Shown here: positions 1-9,578 of the stretch, piece by piece | Layout: each line of letters starts with the position of its first letter | Position numbering within the stretch: position 1 is the stretch's first letter | IMG/VR virus record: IMGVR_UViG_2772190736_000001 | Location: 1 to 64,000 of that record | Length of the DNA: 64,000 nt | Reading direction: 5' to 3' (one strand) | Origin: a virus | Taxonomy: Duplodnaviria > Caudoviricetes | The notes under the pieces: model-generated | What the model saw: only the letters and a program-made list of their open reading frames with translations | What the model was told of the DNA's origin: nothing | Database searches by the model: none | Program-made: the position numbers and the translations under genes

Positions 1-531
1 GGTCGGGTCCGGGTCGGCGGCCGCGCGCTCGGGGTTCGTCAGGCAGGTGTCGGGATCGATGCCGTCGCAGTTGCTGCAGCTGTGCGTGGCGTCCGGCTGT
101 TGTCCGCTGGCCTGACGGGGCCACGTCTGCGCGTAGCCGACGCAGGGGCAGTTGGCGCAAGCACTGTTGTGCCGGTCGACGGGGTGGCTGCAGGCGCAGA
201 CGGGCTGTCCGCTGGCCTGACGGGCGGCGTCCCGGATCCCGGCGGGGAGGCGGTGGCGGACGTTGATGCCCGTGTCCGTGGGGATGCCGTCGTCGTGGTT
301 CTGGATCAGGTCGTACCAGTGGTCATGCTGGTCCCCGGTCGGCATCTCGACCCACTCCAGGGTCGCGGGGTCCTTGTCGCTCTGGGAGGTCAGCCAGGCG
401 ATGGCGGCGCCCTTGGCGGCGGCCTCGTCGTTGGCGTAGCCGATGAGGTAGTCGGAGACGTTGCCGGGCTCGTAGTTGGCCTCCCAGGCGGGGAGGAGGG
501 TGTTCAGGGCGTAGATGCGGGCGTCGTTCAT
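1..531 (-). CDS. Hypothetical phage protein, runs off window start (MNDARIYALNTLLPAWEANY...)
   Basis: Read manually; AGGAG RBS before ATG at 531; high GC3; Cys-rich C-terminal part. Confidence 0.65.
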   Translation of the reverse strand, partial: MNDARIYALNTLLPAWEANYEPGNVSDYLIGYANDEAAAKGAAIAWLTSQSDKDPATLEWVEMPTGDQHDHWYDLIQNHDDGIPTDTGINVRHRLPAGIRDAARQASGQPVCACSHPVDRHNSACANCPCVGYAQTWPRQASGQQPDATHSCSNCDGIDPDTCLTNPERAAADPDPT

Positions 532-592
532 GTGCTGCTCCTGGTGTTGGGGCTGGGCCGCCACAGCGACGACCCGGCAGACAGCGAGGGGG

Positions 593-838
593 TCAGGCGG
601 TGACGTGCTCGACGGCGTGGACGGCGCGGCCGGTCCAGGAGTGGCGCCCCTTGCGGTCCTTGTGGCGCGACATCAGGCGCCAGATCTGTCCGGGGACGTG
701 CTCGTCCCAGCGGTAGCTGTAGTCGGTGGCCGTCAGGTACTGGGTGTGGGCCGCCAGAGCGGCGTCCAGCGCGCCCTGGAGGGTGTCGGCGCTGAAGGTG
801 GGAGTGTCGCCGGAGAGGACGACGTAGGCGGTGGTCAC
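593..838 (-). CDS. Hypothetical protein
   Basis: GTG start after AGGAG; C-terminal part of ORF 593..1348. Confidence 0.6.
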   Translation of the reverse strand: MTTAYVVLSGDTPTFSADTLQGALDAALAAHTQYLTATDYSYRWDEHVPGQIWRLMSRHKDRKGRHSWTGRAVHAVEHVTA

Positions 839-906
839 GGTGTGCTCCTGTCGGGGGTAGTGTCGGGCCGCCCCGCACTTCGACTGCGGGGCGGACTGCG
901 GCGTAC

Positions 907-1143
907 TCAGGCGGTCGTGGCGACCCAGGCGCCGGCGTGGTCGTGCTCGGCCTTGGGCTGACCGACCGGGCATCCGGGGCAGTAGTCCCGGCCCTCCACG
1001 TCCGTCCACCCGTCGCGGGCGGCCTTCTGGTGGTGGCGGGCGGCCTGGTCGTCGGAGCGCTGGATGTGCGAGGTGAGGGCGTAGGACGTGCAGTCCTCGC
1101 AGTCGCAGGTGGTCTGGGTGGAGGCGTCGCGAACGCTGCGCAT
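907..1143 (-). CDS. Small Cys-rich (CxCxxC...CxxC) putative zinc-binding protein
   Basis: AAGGA RBS; phage-type DGW..DYCP motif. Confidence 0.65.
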   Translation of the reverse strand: MRSVRDASTQTTCDCEDCTSYALTSHIQRSDDQAARHHQKAARDGWTDVEGRDYCPGCPVGQPKAEHDHAGAWVATTA

Positions 1144-1178
1144 GGTGTGTCCTTCTGGGTGTGTGATGGCGGGGCGGG

Positions 1179-1379
1179 TCAGCTGGTGGCGGGGGTGCGC
1201 TTGCGGAGGATGTAGGCCTGCTCGTCGGCGGCCGACGGCGGGTTGATGCGGAGGGCGTGGAGGACAGCGGCGAGGACAGTCCCCGGGTCGGCGTCCTCCG
1301 CACCGGCAGCGCCTTCGATGGCGTGCCAGGCCCGGTCGTGCTCCTCAACGGTGAGAGTGCGGGCGGGCTGCTCGGTCAT
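1179..1379 (-). CDS. Hypothetical protein
   Basis: ATG coupled to upstream stop (ATGA); GAAGGA RBS. Confidence 0.6.
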   Translation of the reverse strand: MTEQPARTLTVEEHDRAWHAIEGAAGAEDADPGTVLAAVLHALRINPPSAADEQAYILRKRTPATS

Positions 1380-1756
1380 GTCGTGTCCTTCTGTCGGCGA
1401 AGGTGGAGACGGTTCGTGATGCGGTTCCACTGCCAGCAGGCGCTGGTGCCGCAGTCAGCGCAGTACTGGTCGGCGCTCTCGCCGTCCATGTCCGGCGCCC
1501 AGGCGGTGGCCGCGTGGTGCTGTGCGGGCGGGGCGTTGAGGCGGGCAGCACGACGGGCGCGCATGCGGGCGAGGACCTGCTCCCGGGTCGGCTGCTCCCA
1601 CGGGTGCATGCCGACGCTGGCCTTCCACCGCCGCCCGTGGCCGCTCTGCTCGGTGCCGCACCAGCGGCAGCCGTACGGGGTGGGCGGGTGGCCGTCACGG
1701 AAGCGGATCGGGTTCCGGCGGAGGCCGGTCGCAGGGTCACGGGTTACGAGGGTCAT
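1376..1756 (-). CDS. Hypothetical Cys/His-containing phage protein
   Basis: GCRWCG..H motif; 4-bp overlaps with neighbours. Confidence 0.6.
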   Translation of the reverse strand: MTLVTRDPATGLRRNPIRFRDGHPPTPYGCRWCGTEQSGHGRRWKASVGMHPWEQPTREQVLARMRARRAARLNAPPAQHHAATAWAPDMDGESADQYCADCGTSACWQWNRITNRLHLRRQKDTT

Positions 1757-2148
1757 CGGGTGTTCTCCGTGGTGAGGCCCTCCAGAGGGCCGAACGGGAT
1801 GGTCTTGGGGCGCGGCTCGACCGGGATGATGGCCGCGTTGTCGGGGAGCCGGTCACGGAAGTGGGCGGGGATCTCGCCCTGGCACATGACGTTGTTGGAG
1901 GAGATCTCGCTGCCGTCGTTGAAGCGGAAGGTGAAGAGCCGGCCGCCGAACCCGAGGAACTGCGGCGGGGTGGTGTGGTCCATGGGTCGGATGACGTAGT
2001 GCCAGCCGCCGGCTCGGGCCACACGGTCGTTGGGGCCGCCCGGGAGGCGGGAGGCCACCAGGTCGCCGTTCGCGGCCCATGCGACCTTCTCGTTCCAGAA
2101 GCGGCAGTCGAAGCAGGTCTCGTTGGTGCAGCAGGACTGGTCGAGCAT
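1753..2148 (-). CDS. Conserved-type hypothetical phage protein
   Basis: CFDC.FW, GFGGR.F, NNVMCQGEIP..FR motifs; start inferred. Confidence 0.6.
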   Translation of the reverse strand: MLDQSCCTNETCFDCRFWNEKVAWAANGDLVASRLPGGPNDRVARAGGWHYVIRPMDHTTPPQFLGFGGRLFTFRFNDGSEISSNNVMCQGEIPAHFRDRLPDNAAIIPVEPRPKTIPFGPLEGLTTENTR

Positions 2149-2275
2149 GTGGGTCTCCGAGTCTGGCGGGCCGCGCATTGACGAGCACGGCGTCAGGCGG
2201 TGGCGGTGGATCGGGTGAGGGACGGCCGGCCCGCGCATTCGAGGGCACGGGCTCAAGTCAGGGCCTACGCCTTGA

Positions 2276-3019
2276 TCAGGTAGAGGCCTGGATGTCGGCG
2301 ATAAGGACGGTGGCGTTGTCGGCGGAGGGGCGTCCCGGCCCAGCTTCGGCCGAGATACGCACAGCGCCGTCCACGAAGCGGTGGGCGGCAGCGTCCGTGG
2401 GACCGGCGAGTTCAGCGGCCAGGGGGCGCCCGCCGTCTTCGTACGGTTCGTAGGCGCCGTCGGAGGCGAGGACGAGGCGCAGAGGCTCCAGAGGGATGGT
2501 GAAGGCCTCGATGGCGGGGTGTCCGAAGGTGTTTACGCATTCGGCATCGGTCTCGGCGGCGCCGAGGTAAGAGGTGATGATGTTGCGGTTGCCGCGCGGC
2601 GGGCGAACACGGCGAAGGTTGTGATCCTGGGTGATCTTGACGGCCGGATGGTTGCCGACGATGACGTAGGCGCGGGAGTCTCCGCACCATGCAATGGTGA
2701 TGGGCTTGCCGGGAACAGTGACCGCGACGACGACGGCAGCGGCCGGAAGGTCGTATCGAGTGAAGGGGTCGTTGCGTGCGGGGATGGCGGCGTAGCGGTC
2801 GTATACGGCGCGGAGTCCGGCTTCGGCGCTGCCGCGTTGGGCAGCCGCGCGGGCTACACGGCGGGCCGTGTTGCGGGTCCAGGCACTGATGGTGTCGGTG
2901 GAACCGATGCCGTCGAGGAGAGCGTAGGCACGGATGCCGCCGGGGGAGGTGTGGACAGCGGTGGCGTCGCACTGGTGGCTGCGGAGGCCGATGTTCTGGG
3001 CGGTGGCGTAGGTGTCCAT
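2276..3019 (-). CDS. PP2C/PPM-family protein phosphatase-like protein
   Basis: LLDGIG, AWCGDSRAY, TQDH, LASDG and DNATV motifs. Confidence 0.8.
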   Translation of the reverse strand: MDTYATAQNIGLRSHQCDATAVHTSPGGIRAYALLDGIGSTDTISAWTRNTARRVARAAAQRGSAEAGLRAVYDRYAAIPARNDPFTRYDLPAAAVVVAVTVPGKPITIAWCGDSRAYVIVGNHPAVKITQDHNLRRVRPPRGNRNIITSYLGAAETDAECVNTFGHPAIEAFTIPLEPLRLVLASDGAYEPYEDGGRPLAAELAGPTDAAAHRFVDGAVRISAEAGPGRPSADNATVLIADIQAST

Positions 3020-3043
3020 GGTGGCCTCCGTGCGTGGGCGGGG

Positions 3044-3280
3044 TCAGAGGGTGGTGACGGTGATGGGCTGGAGGGACCGCTCGATCTCGCTGGTTGCGCT
3101 GGCGACCTCGTCGTCGGCCTCGTTGGCCGGCGCGATCCAGTAGGTGAGCGGCGAGGAGACGGTCTGGCCCTGGTCGTTGATGCTGTGGACGAACGCCTCG
3201 ATGACGTACTGGTTGTCCGGGGCGGGCGTGACGACGACGAATCCACCCGGGACGGAGTGGACGGTGGGCGTGGCGTGCAT
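3044..3280 (-). CDS. Hypothetical protein
   Basis: GAGGA RBS before ATG 3280; good codon bias. Confidence 0.55.
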   Translation of the reverse strand: MHATPTVHSVPGGFVVVTPAPDNQYVIEAFVHSINDQGQTVSSPLTYWIAPANEADDEVASATSEIERSLQPITVTTL

Positions 3281-3510
3281 CGGGTGGTCCTCTCGCCGTG
3301 TGTGGGCGGTGGCAGTAGGGCCGCACGCCCCGGGAAGGGGGTGCCGGGGCGTGCGGCCGGGGGTGAGGCGGCACTCGGCGGACTGCGGGCGGTGCACGGA
3401 GGGGGTCGTGCGGCCGTGTGTCCGGGTACCTGGCCCCGGGCGCCCTCCCCTGAGGGGGAGTCGGGGAGGGCGGGCGGCCCCCTTGGGGGGTGGGGCCGCG
3501 TCTGGGGATG

Positions 3511-3705
3511 TCAGAGGGCGCTGGAGATGTCCTCGGCGAGGCGCTCGATGGTGAGGTTCTCGGGGGCGTGGCCGTCGTGGGGGCGGGGGGTGGAGCGCTC
3601 GTGGACGGCGGTGACGAACCGGTCGTAGAGGTGGTCGTCGGTGGCGAGGAGCGCGATGACGTCGGCGAGGGTGTCGGCGGTGACGCGGGTCGTGATGGTG
3701 GCCAT
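3511..3705 (-). CDS. Hypothetical protein, first gene after palindromic promoter
   Basis: AAGGGG RBS; ATG at 3705. Confidence 0.6.
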   Translation of the reverse strand: MATITTRVTADTLADVIALLATDDHLYDRFVTAVHERSTPRPHDGHAPENLTIERLAEDISSAL

Positions 3706-3765
3706 GCGGTGTTCCCCTTCCGTGGTCCCGGTGTTGGTACCGGGTGGGTCGTTCTCGGTTCCACC

Positions 3766-3807
3766 ACCATAAGCCATAACCCATTGCGCTCGCAATGGGT
3801 TATGGCT
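3766..3807 (-). promoter_or_regulatory. Palindromic operator overlapping a putative promoter (copy 1)
   Basis: Perfect 17-bp arms AGCCATAACCCATTGCG-ct-CGCAATGGGTTATGGCT; minus strand TTGCGA-18bp-TATGGT. Confidence 0.75.
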
Positions 3808-3821
3808 GACTGGGGCCACGC

Positions 3822-3854
3822 AAAAGGGCCCGGCCCCACCCGGGACCGGGCCCT
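3822..3854 (-). terminator. Rho-independent terminator after ssb
   Basis: AGGGCCCGG...CCGGGCCCT stem followed by a T run on the minus strand. Confidence 0.7.
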
Positions 3855-3869
3855 CCCACCACCGCACAC

Positions 3870-4403
3870 TCAGAACGGCGGCTCCTCGCTGTACCCCCCA
3901 CCCTGCGGACCCGACGCACCAGTCGCCCACGGGTCATCAGCGGGAGCACCGCCACCACCCTGCCGGCCACCGCCACCACCCTGCCGGCCACCGCCACCAG
4001 CCTGCTGACCACCGCCGTACCCACCCTGACCACCACCACCGGTGGACTTGGTGACCTTGACCGTGGCGCTCTTGAGGCTGGGGCCGACTTCCTCCACGTC
4101 CAGCTCGTACACCGTCCGCTTCACACCCTCACGGTCCTCGTACGACCGCTGCTTCAGCCGACCCTGCACGATGACCCGCATCCCCCGCTGCAGGGACTCC
4201 GCCACGTTCTCCGCGGCCTGCCGCCACACCGAACAGGTGAGGAACAGGCCCTCCCCGTCCTTCCACTCGTTGGTCTGCTTGTCGAACACCCGCGGGGTCG
4301 ACGCGATACGGAACTTCGCCACCGCCGCGCCGGCCGGGGTGAACCGGAGCTCCGGATCGTCCACGAGGTTCCCGACAACCGTGATGACCGTCTCGCCTGC
4401 CAT
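3870..4403 (-). CDS. ssb: Single-stranded DNA-binding protein
   Basis: [23 protein letters not shown]; Gly-rich tail ending EEPPF; actinobacterial SSB. Confidence 0.97.
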   Translation of the reverse strand: MAGETVITVVGNLVDDPELRFTPAGAAVAKFRIASTPRVFDKQTNEWKDGEGLFLTCSVWRQAAENVAESLQRGMRVIVQGRLKQRSYEDREGVKRTVYELDVEEVGPSLKSATVKVTKSTGGGGQGGYGGGQQAGGGGRQGGGGGRQGGGGAPADDPWATGASGPQGGGYSEEPPF

Positions 4404-4427
4404 GCTGATACTCCTTCGTCTCGGCCC

Positions 4428-4994
4428 TCAAGCCGCGTTGCTGATCTGTCCCACGGGCTGCACCGGCACATACCGGCCCTCCGCCCGCGCCTTGTCCTTC
4501 GCCCGCTCCCACGACCGCTTCACCGCGGCAACTGACAGACCAAGCCGTTCCGCCACCTGCTCGTACGACAAGCCCCGCCGGATTCCCCGGTCCACGCCCA
4601 GGCGCCGCTCATCGCGGTTGAGGTGGATGCCGGACGCGCCGTTCGGGTGGGACAGGGCACGCTCCACCGCCACCTCGTCCACTCCAGCGCCCCTCGGCAC
4701 CGAGCCCTCGGCCAGATCCCGAAGCGTCCGCCGGCTGGCTTGCACAGCCTGGATGGGCGCCCCGTACTCGTCGAAGTCCAGCCAGCCCAGCAGCGCGCCG
4801 AGGCTCCGGTCCGGGTCGACAAGGCCGGCCAGGACGACAAGGAGCGCGGTCTGCTGCTGCTGGTCCAGCGCCCCGAGGAGCTCCTCAACGTCCTGGACGC
4901 CACCGTCACCCTGCACGATCGTCGTCAGGCGGGCGGCGACCGGCAGCATGTCCTCCGCGAGGTCCCCGCGGTCCTGGGTGGTGAGCCGCTTCAT
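4428..4994 (-). CDS. HTH DNA-binding protein (sigma region 4-like C-terminus)
   Basis: GLSYEQVAERLGLSVAAVKRSW. Confidence 0.7.
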   Translation of the reverse strand: MKRLTTQDRGDLAEDMLPVAARLTTIVQGDGGVQDVEELLGALDQQQQTALLVVLAGLVDPDRSLGALLGWLDFDEYGAPIQAVQASRRTLRDLAEGSVPRGAGVDEVAVERALSHPNGASGIHLNRDERRLGVDRGIRRGLSYEQVAERLGLSVAAVKRSWERAKDKARAEGRYVPVQPVGQISNAA

Positions 4995-5461
4995 GCCGCC
5001 GCCTCCAGGTCCTGCTGCCTACGCTCGTCCCGGTCGAACCGCTGCACCGCAGCCCGGAGTACCGAACGGTCCACGTTCAGCACGCTGGCCATGTCGGCCT
5101 GCGACATCCCGGCCTTCCGCCATTCGGCGATGTGCTCCCGGGCTTCTATGCACCGGTCCATGGCCTGCCCCGGGCCGCGGGGCGTCACCTTCCGCAGTCC
5201 CCAGCGCTCGTCCTGTGTGAGACCGCCGAGAACACCGAACTGCTCCCCGGTGTCCAGGGCCCACTCCAGGCACGCAACCCTGACCGGGCACGCCATGCAG
5301 ACGGCCTTGGCCTGCGCGGCCTGCTTCTGCGCGGCCTTGCTGACGCCGACGGGGAAGAACAGCTCGGGGTCCGTGTGATGGCAGTTGGCCTGCTGGCTCC
5401 AACGGGGGTCCTTGGGGGTTGTGGCGGCGGGTGTTATGGCGCGGCGGGTTTCGGTGGTCAT
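4991..5461 (-). CDS. whiB: WhiB-family transcription factor with C-terminal HTH
   Basis: W...ANC..TDPELFFP, CMACPVRVAC, GVLGG. Confidence 0.92.
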   Translation of the reverse strand: MTTETRRAITPAATTPKDPRWSQQANCHHTDPELFFPVGVSKAAQKQAAQAKAVCMACPVRVACLEWALDTGEQFGVLGGLTQDERWGLRKVTPRGPGQAMDRCIEAREHIAEWRKAGMSQADMASVLNVDRSVLRAAVQRFDRDERRQQDLEAAA

Positions 5462-5501
5462 GCGGTTTCTCCGAGGGGATGTCGTAACCGGGCTGACGGG
5501 G

Positions 5502-6059
5502 CTATGCGGCGGACGCGATCGGCTCCGGCCAGGTGGCCTTGGTGATGGCGGCGCGGTGGGCTTGGGGCATGGGGGTGATGGGGTGGCCGAGCCAGTCGCG
5601 GCCGGCGGCCATGAGGACGACGGCGTCGGCGGCGTTGTCGTCGCCCTGGGTGGGCCAGTCGGGCCAGCGGCGGGCGACGGCGTCGACGATGAGGTTCTTG
5701 GTGGCGGTGCCCTTGCCGGTGGCGTAGAGCATGCGCTGGTTGGTCGACATGAGGCCGATGGGGATGTCCCGGGCGGTGAGGGTGTTGTAGACCTCCCACC
5801 AGAGCCAGCCTCGTTCGTGTCCTCCTCCGCCGCTGCGGGAGAGGGCGGGGGTTTCGAGGACGGCGAGGTCGGGGCGGCCGATGGTGTCGAGGACGAGGGT
5901 GCGTACGTGCTGGAGGGCTGTGGCGCGTTCGGGGTGGGAGAGCTTGGTGAGGGGGCGCTTCTTGTCGGTCCAGCCGACGACCTGGCACCAGCCGTTGCTG
6001 GAGGCGATGCCGGTGGCGGTGAGGCTGGTGTCGATGCCGATGACGGTGGGCGGGGTCAT
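5502..6059 (-). CDS. RuvC-like Holliday junction resolvase
   Basis: VIGIDTSLTATGIA, VLE, YATGKG, DDNAADA. Confidence 0.85.
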   Translation of the reverse strand: MTPPTVIGIDTSLTATGIASSNGWCQVVGWTDKKRPLTKLSHPERATALQHVRTLVLDTIGRPDLAVLETPALSRSGGGGHERGWLWWEVYNTLTARDIPIGLMSTNQRMLYATGKGTATKNLIVDAVARRWPDWPTQGDDNAADAVVLMAAGRDWLGHPITPMPQAHRAAITKATWPEPIASAA

Positions 6060-6277
6060 GGGGTGAGCTCCTGTACGGGTACGGGGCCGTTGAGGCGGGT
6101 GCGGAGGTAGGTGGCGTGGCCGGGCCTGTGTCCGAGGTGCCACTGGAGGCAGTACTGGCAGTGGTATGGGCGGAGGTTTGGGCCGCCGTTGCGGCGTATG
6201 CGGCTGGAGGCCTTCTTGGCGTAGGCGCGCTGGTGGTAGCGGACTTTGCCGAGGCAGGAGATCTCGTACTCGGTCAT
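6056..6277 (-). CDS. Small zinc-finger-like phage protein
   Basis: C.GKVRY...YHCQYC..WHL. Confidence 0.65.
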   Translation of the reverse strand: MTEYEISCLGKVRYHQRAYAKKASSRIRRNGGPNLRPYHCQYCLQWHLGHRPGHATYLRTRLNGPVPVQELTP

Positions 6278-6474
6278 CGCGGCTCGGGGAGGCCGAGGTC
6301 GCGGGCGAGGGCGGTGCGGGCGGTGGTGTCGTACGCGGGGTTGTGGATCCAGGCGGCGACGAGCGCGAGGCGTGCGCGGAGGAGGGCGAGGTCGTTCTCG
6401 GCGGTGGCGAGGAGGGCGGTGTGCCGGGTGCAGAGTTCGCCGGTGAGGGTGTTCTCGTAGCCGGGGTCAGCCAT
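6274..6474 (-). CDS. Hypothetical protein
   Basis: Overlapping stops/starts with neighbours. Confidence 0.55.
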   Translation of the reverse strand: MADPGYENTLTGELCTRHTALLATAENDLALLRARLALVAAWIHNPAYDTTARTALARDLGLPEPR

Positions 6475-7177
6475 GACCGTGCTCGTAGCCGGGTACGGGA
6501 TGGCTGGCCTTCGCCATCGCTCGCGTCAGGTCGTCCACGTCGACCTCGGTGTCGTCCTTGATCTGATCGATCCAGTGCCGCAGGACGTGCATGACAGTGG
6601 CGAGGTTCTCTTCGGCCTTCAGCCGGAACTGGTGGGGGGTGGTTCCGGTGCGGCGCTGGATGGTGACGGTGTACGAGTCGCGCGGGTCCGGTCCGTGCCG
6701 CAGGTCCATGGATACGGACGGCGCGCTCATCTCGGTCTCGACGTAGTTCTCGGCGCCGTACCCGTCGAGGACGCCACGCATGGAGGCGACGAAGATCTTG
6801 AGGATCTCGGTGGCTTCGTCGAGCTCGAGGGTGGCGACGCCGTCCTTGATGGTGAGGGAGCGCATCATCGTGCCGTCGGCGAGGATCTCGGCGGCGAGGT
6901 CTCCCAGGGCGTCGAGGGCGTAGTCGGCGAGATCGGCGGGCGTGGCGGTCTCAGTGCCAGGGGCGTTGACGAAGGCGGTCTCGATGGCGTCGCGGGCCTG
7001 CTTTCGACGCTTGGCGCGCTGGGCTTCGGTGAGCTCAGTCCTGGTGGTCATGACGGGTCTCCGTCCGGGGGGGTCCTGGGGTGGGGTGTTGCGGGTGCCA
7101 TGGCCGTGCTGGGAGAGCACGACCATGGCGATGGCGATGAGGCCGAGCGCGAGGGCGATGGCGGCGTTCCAGGTCAT
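6467..7177 (-). CDS. Hypothetical protein (alternative start 7051)
   Basis: ORF track; codon bias; hydrophobic N-terminus. Confidence 0.6.
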   Translation of the reverse strand: MTWNAAIALALGLIAIAMVVLSQHGHGTRNTPPQDPPGRRPVMTTRTELTEAQRAKRRKQARDAIETAFVNAPGTETATPADLADYALDALGDLAAEILADGTMMRSLTIKDGVATLELDEATEILKIFVASMRGVLDGYGAENYVETEMSAPSVSMDLRHGPDPRDSYTVTIQRRTGTTPHQFRLKAEENLATVMHVLRHWIDQIKDDTEVDVDDLTRAMAKASHPVPGYEHGHG

Positions 7178-8151
7178 GTGGCGGTGGGGAAGTCGCGGCA
7201 GGTCTCGAACCGCTGGTGGAGCGGCCCGTCGTGCTGGTCCTCGAGCTGCCGGGGCGGCGGCGTGATGCCGAGGCGCTTCCAGTGGGTGGCCTCAAGTTCG
7301 GCCATCGTGCGCTCGGCGAGGCGGCGCTTCCCCGGTCCCATGTCCTCCTGCTGGCGGGGTGGGGTGGGGGTCTCGGGGCCCGGCACCTCGGTCCAAGGCC
7401 CGTACCACTCGGAGCCGTCGTCCCAGGTGCGGACGGTGCGCTGCTGGGCGCGGGCGCCGCAGTGGGGGTAGGTCTGGAGTGCCTTGCGGACGAAGGCGAG
7501 GGCCTTCTCGGCGGTGTCGGCTCCGTCGACGCCCCAGTCGCCGACGACCTCGTACTGGATGTCTTCGACGGGGTCGTGGCCGGTCGGGGCGTACGGCTCG
7601 AGCTCGGCGAGCCGGTCATTGGTGACCCGCAGCTGCTCAACCACGTCGGACAGGGCCTCGTTCGTCGAATGCCGCTCCGCCCGAAGACGGTTGATCTCCT
7701 CTTCGGCCTGACGGCGGCGGCCCATCTCGTGCCCCAGGGCCGCACGCCACTTCTGCGCTTCGCCCTCGGCCGCCTTCAGCCAGCCCGCGTGCGAGTCCCG
7801 CTCCTCAACGTGACGCAGGATGCCCTCGCCGTACGCCTGCGCCCGCTCGCGGGCCGACCGCCACGCCAGCCGCAGCCGTGCGTTCTCCTGCTCCTCCTCG
7901 AAGAGGGCAAGCCCGGTACCAGCGATAACGTTGGACAGCTCGGCCTCCTTGGCGTGGAGCCGGGCCACCTCCTCGGCGTGATCCGGCGCCAGCCAATCAG
8001 CCACCTTCGTGCGGGCCTCCAGGTCCAGTAGCAGCGCCACCGGGCGACCGTCCTCGGCGATGGCGCCGATGGTGAGGATCGGCTCCTCTTCGATCGCGGG
8101 CTCCATGGCCACGTCGAACCGGGCGACGATCAGCGGGTCCGTGGTGCTCAT
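7174..8151 (-). CDS. Hypothetical coiled-coil phage protein
   Basis: ORF track; translational coupling. Confidence 0.65.
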   Translation of the reverse strand: MSTTDPLIVARFDVAMEPAIEEEPILTIGAIAEDGRPVALLLDLEARTKVADWLAPDHAEEVARLHAKEAELSNVIAGTGLALFEEEQENARLRLAWRSARERAQAYGEGILRHVEERDSHAGWLKAAEGEAQKWRAALGHEMGRRRQAEEEINRLRAERHSTNEALSDVVEQLRVTNDRLAELEPYAPTGHDPVEDIQYEVVGDWGVDGADTAEKALAFVRKALQTYPHCGARAQQRTVRTWDDGSEWYGPWTEVPGPETPTPPRQQEDMGPGKRRLAERTMAELEATHWKRLGITPPPRQLEDQHDGPLHQRFETCRDFPTAT

Positions 8152-8414
8152 GCGGCACTGCCGGCGTGGTCGGTGTGGGCGAGCTCGGTCTCGGCGGCGG
8201 TGACGGCGGCGTGCTCCATGCGCATCTCCAGGACGCGGTCGGCGTAGCCGAGGGCGCGGAGGAGGTGGGCGTGCTCGGCGTAGAGGGCGGCGCGGTCGGC
8301 GAGCTGGGCCAGGGTGAGGGTGCGGGTGTCGTCGTAGGCGTCGGCGCGGCCGGCGGCGTACTCGGGGTCGTGGCGGTAGCTGTCGGGCTTGGCGTTGAGG
8401 GTCAGTTCGCTCAT
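8148..8414 (-). CDS. Hypothetical protein
   Basis: ORF track; coupled to next gene. Confidence 0.6.
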   Translation of the reverse strand: MSELTLNAKPDSYRHDPEYAAGRADAYDDTRTLTLAQLADRAALYAEHAHLLRALGYADRVLEMRMEHAAVTAAETELAHTDHAGSAA

Positions 8415-8472
8415 GACGGGTCCGTTCTGGCTGGGGCGGGGCCTGGTTGGTGCCCCGCCCAGGGGTGGATGG

Positions 8473-8946
8473 TCAGGCAGCGCGGCGGGGGCCGGGGATG
8501 TGCACGGTGTGCGGGGTGTCCGTCGTGCGCTGGGCGGGGATGGAGCTGGCGCGGTCAGCGGCGAGGGCGGCGCGTTCGAGGAGGCCGATGACGTCGCTGG
8601 TGCCCGGGCGGCGGTGGCCGAGGTGGGGGTCGGTCTGGGCGAGCCAGCCGGCGAGGTGCTCGATGAGGTCGTCGCCGTTGCCGGAGTCCGGGGGGTCGGT
8701 GGGCAGGACGCGGGAGATCCAGGCGAGGGCGGCCATGGTGGGTTCGTTGGTCTCGACGAGGAGCCGGGCGTGGGCGGGGTTGCCGAGGAAGGCGTTGGGG
8801 GTCTTGCCCGTGGCGGCGCGGAACACGGCGGCGGTGATGTCGAGGCGGCCGTGCTCGTCGGCGAAGTGGCCGTGGTCGGGGTTGATGAGGCCGAAGTAGT
8901 TCACGAGCTGCTGGGCGGTACGGAGGATGAGGCCGGTTTCGGACAT
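8473..8946 (-). CDS. Hypothetical protein
   Basis: GGGAG RBS; codon bias. Confidence 0.65.
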   Translation of the reverse strand: MSETGLILRTAQQLVNYFGLINPDHGHFADEHGRLDITAAVFRAATGKTPNAFLGNPAHARLLVETNEPTMAALAWISRVLPTDPPDSGNGDDLIEHLAGWLAQTDPHLGHRRPGTSDVIGLLERAALAADRASSIPAQRTTDTPHTVHIPGPRRAA

Positions 8947-9049
8947 GGGTGTCTCCCGTGGCGTGCTGCGTGGGGTCTCTGGTTGGTCCGGCCCGGCCGC
9001 GAGGGAGTGGGTTCCTCGACCTGGCGGCCGGGCCGGTGCTGGAGGGGTG

Positions 9050-9394
9050 TCAGTCCTCGATGGGGGTGGGGTGCTCGTCGGCGCAGGCCGGGCACTGGTA
9101 GCGGGGGAGGTTGTACGGGCCGGACTGTTCGGCGCGGCGGAGGCCGGGGGCGGCGCTGTCGAAGATGGCGTCGCAGTAGCAGTCGGGGCAGGCGCACATG
9201 ACGATGCAGCCGCTGGTGGGGAGGTCGACCTTGATGGCCTTGGCCGCGATGGTCATGGCGCGGATGAACGCGTCGGTGTCGCGGGCGTTGTCGGCGTAGT
9301 CCATGCAGGTGTTGAAGATGTCCTGCTGGACGGGGAGGAGGTCGTTGTGGTGTGCGAGGGGCGGGGTGAGGCGGGGGGCGGTGAGCACGGTCAT
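9050..9394 (-). CDS. Cys-rich hypothetical protein
   Basis: CACPDCYC and CPAC; GGAG RBS; first gene after palindromic promoter. Confidence 0.6.
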   Translation of the reverse strand: MTVLTAPRLTPPLAHHNDLLPVQQDIFNTCMDYADNARDTDAFIRAMTIAAKAIKVDLPTSGCIVMCACPDCYCDAIFDSAAPGLRRAEQSGPYNLPRYQCPACADEHPTPIED

Positions 9395-9459
9395 GGCGGC
9401 GCTCCGGGGTGAGTTACTCCGTACCGGCCCGGGTGGGCTGGTGCGTTGTCGGCTCCACC

Positions 9460-9498
9460 ACCATAAGCCATATTCCATTGCGCACGCAATAGGTTATG
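9460..9498 (-). promoter_or_regulatory. Palindromic operator/promoter (copy 2)
   Basis: CCATATTCCATTGCG-ca-CGCAATAGGTTATG; shares TCCACCACCATAAGCCATA flank with copy 1; minus TTGCGT-18bp-TATGGT. Confidence 0.72.
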
Positions 9499-9578
9499 AC
9501 CGGGTTGGGGACAGCAGAAAGCCCCGCTCCCCTCGGGACGGGGAACGGGGCGACAGGGACGACCGGGGCTTCGCCAGG

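Noticed and set aside
3940-4040. Tandem 21-bp repeats (CCACCACCCTGCCGGCCACCG)
   Set aside because: Encode the Gly-rich linker of SSB; not a CRISPR array or iteron.
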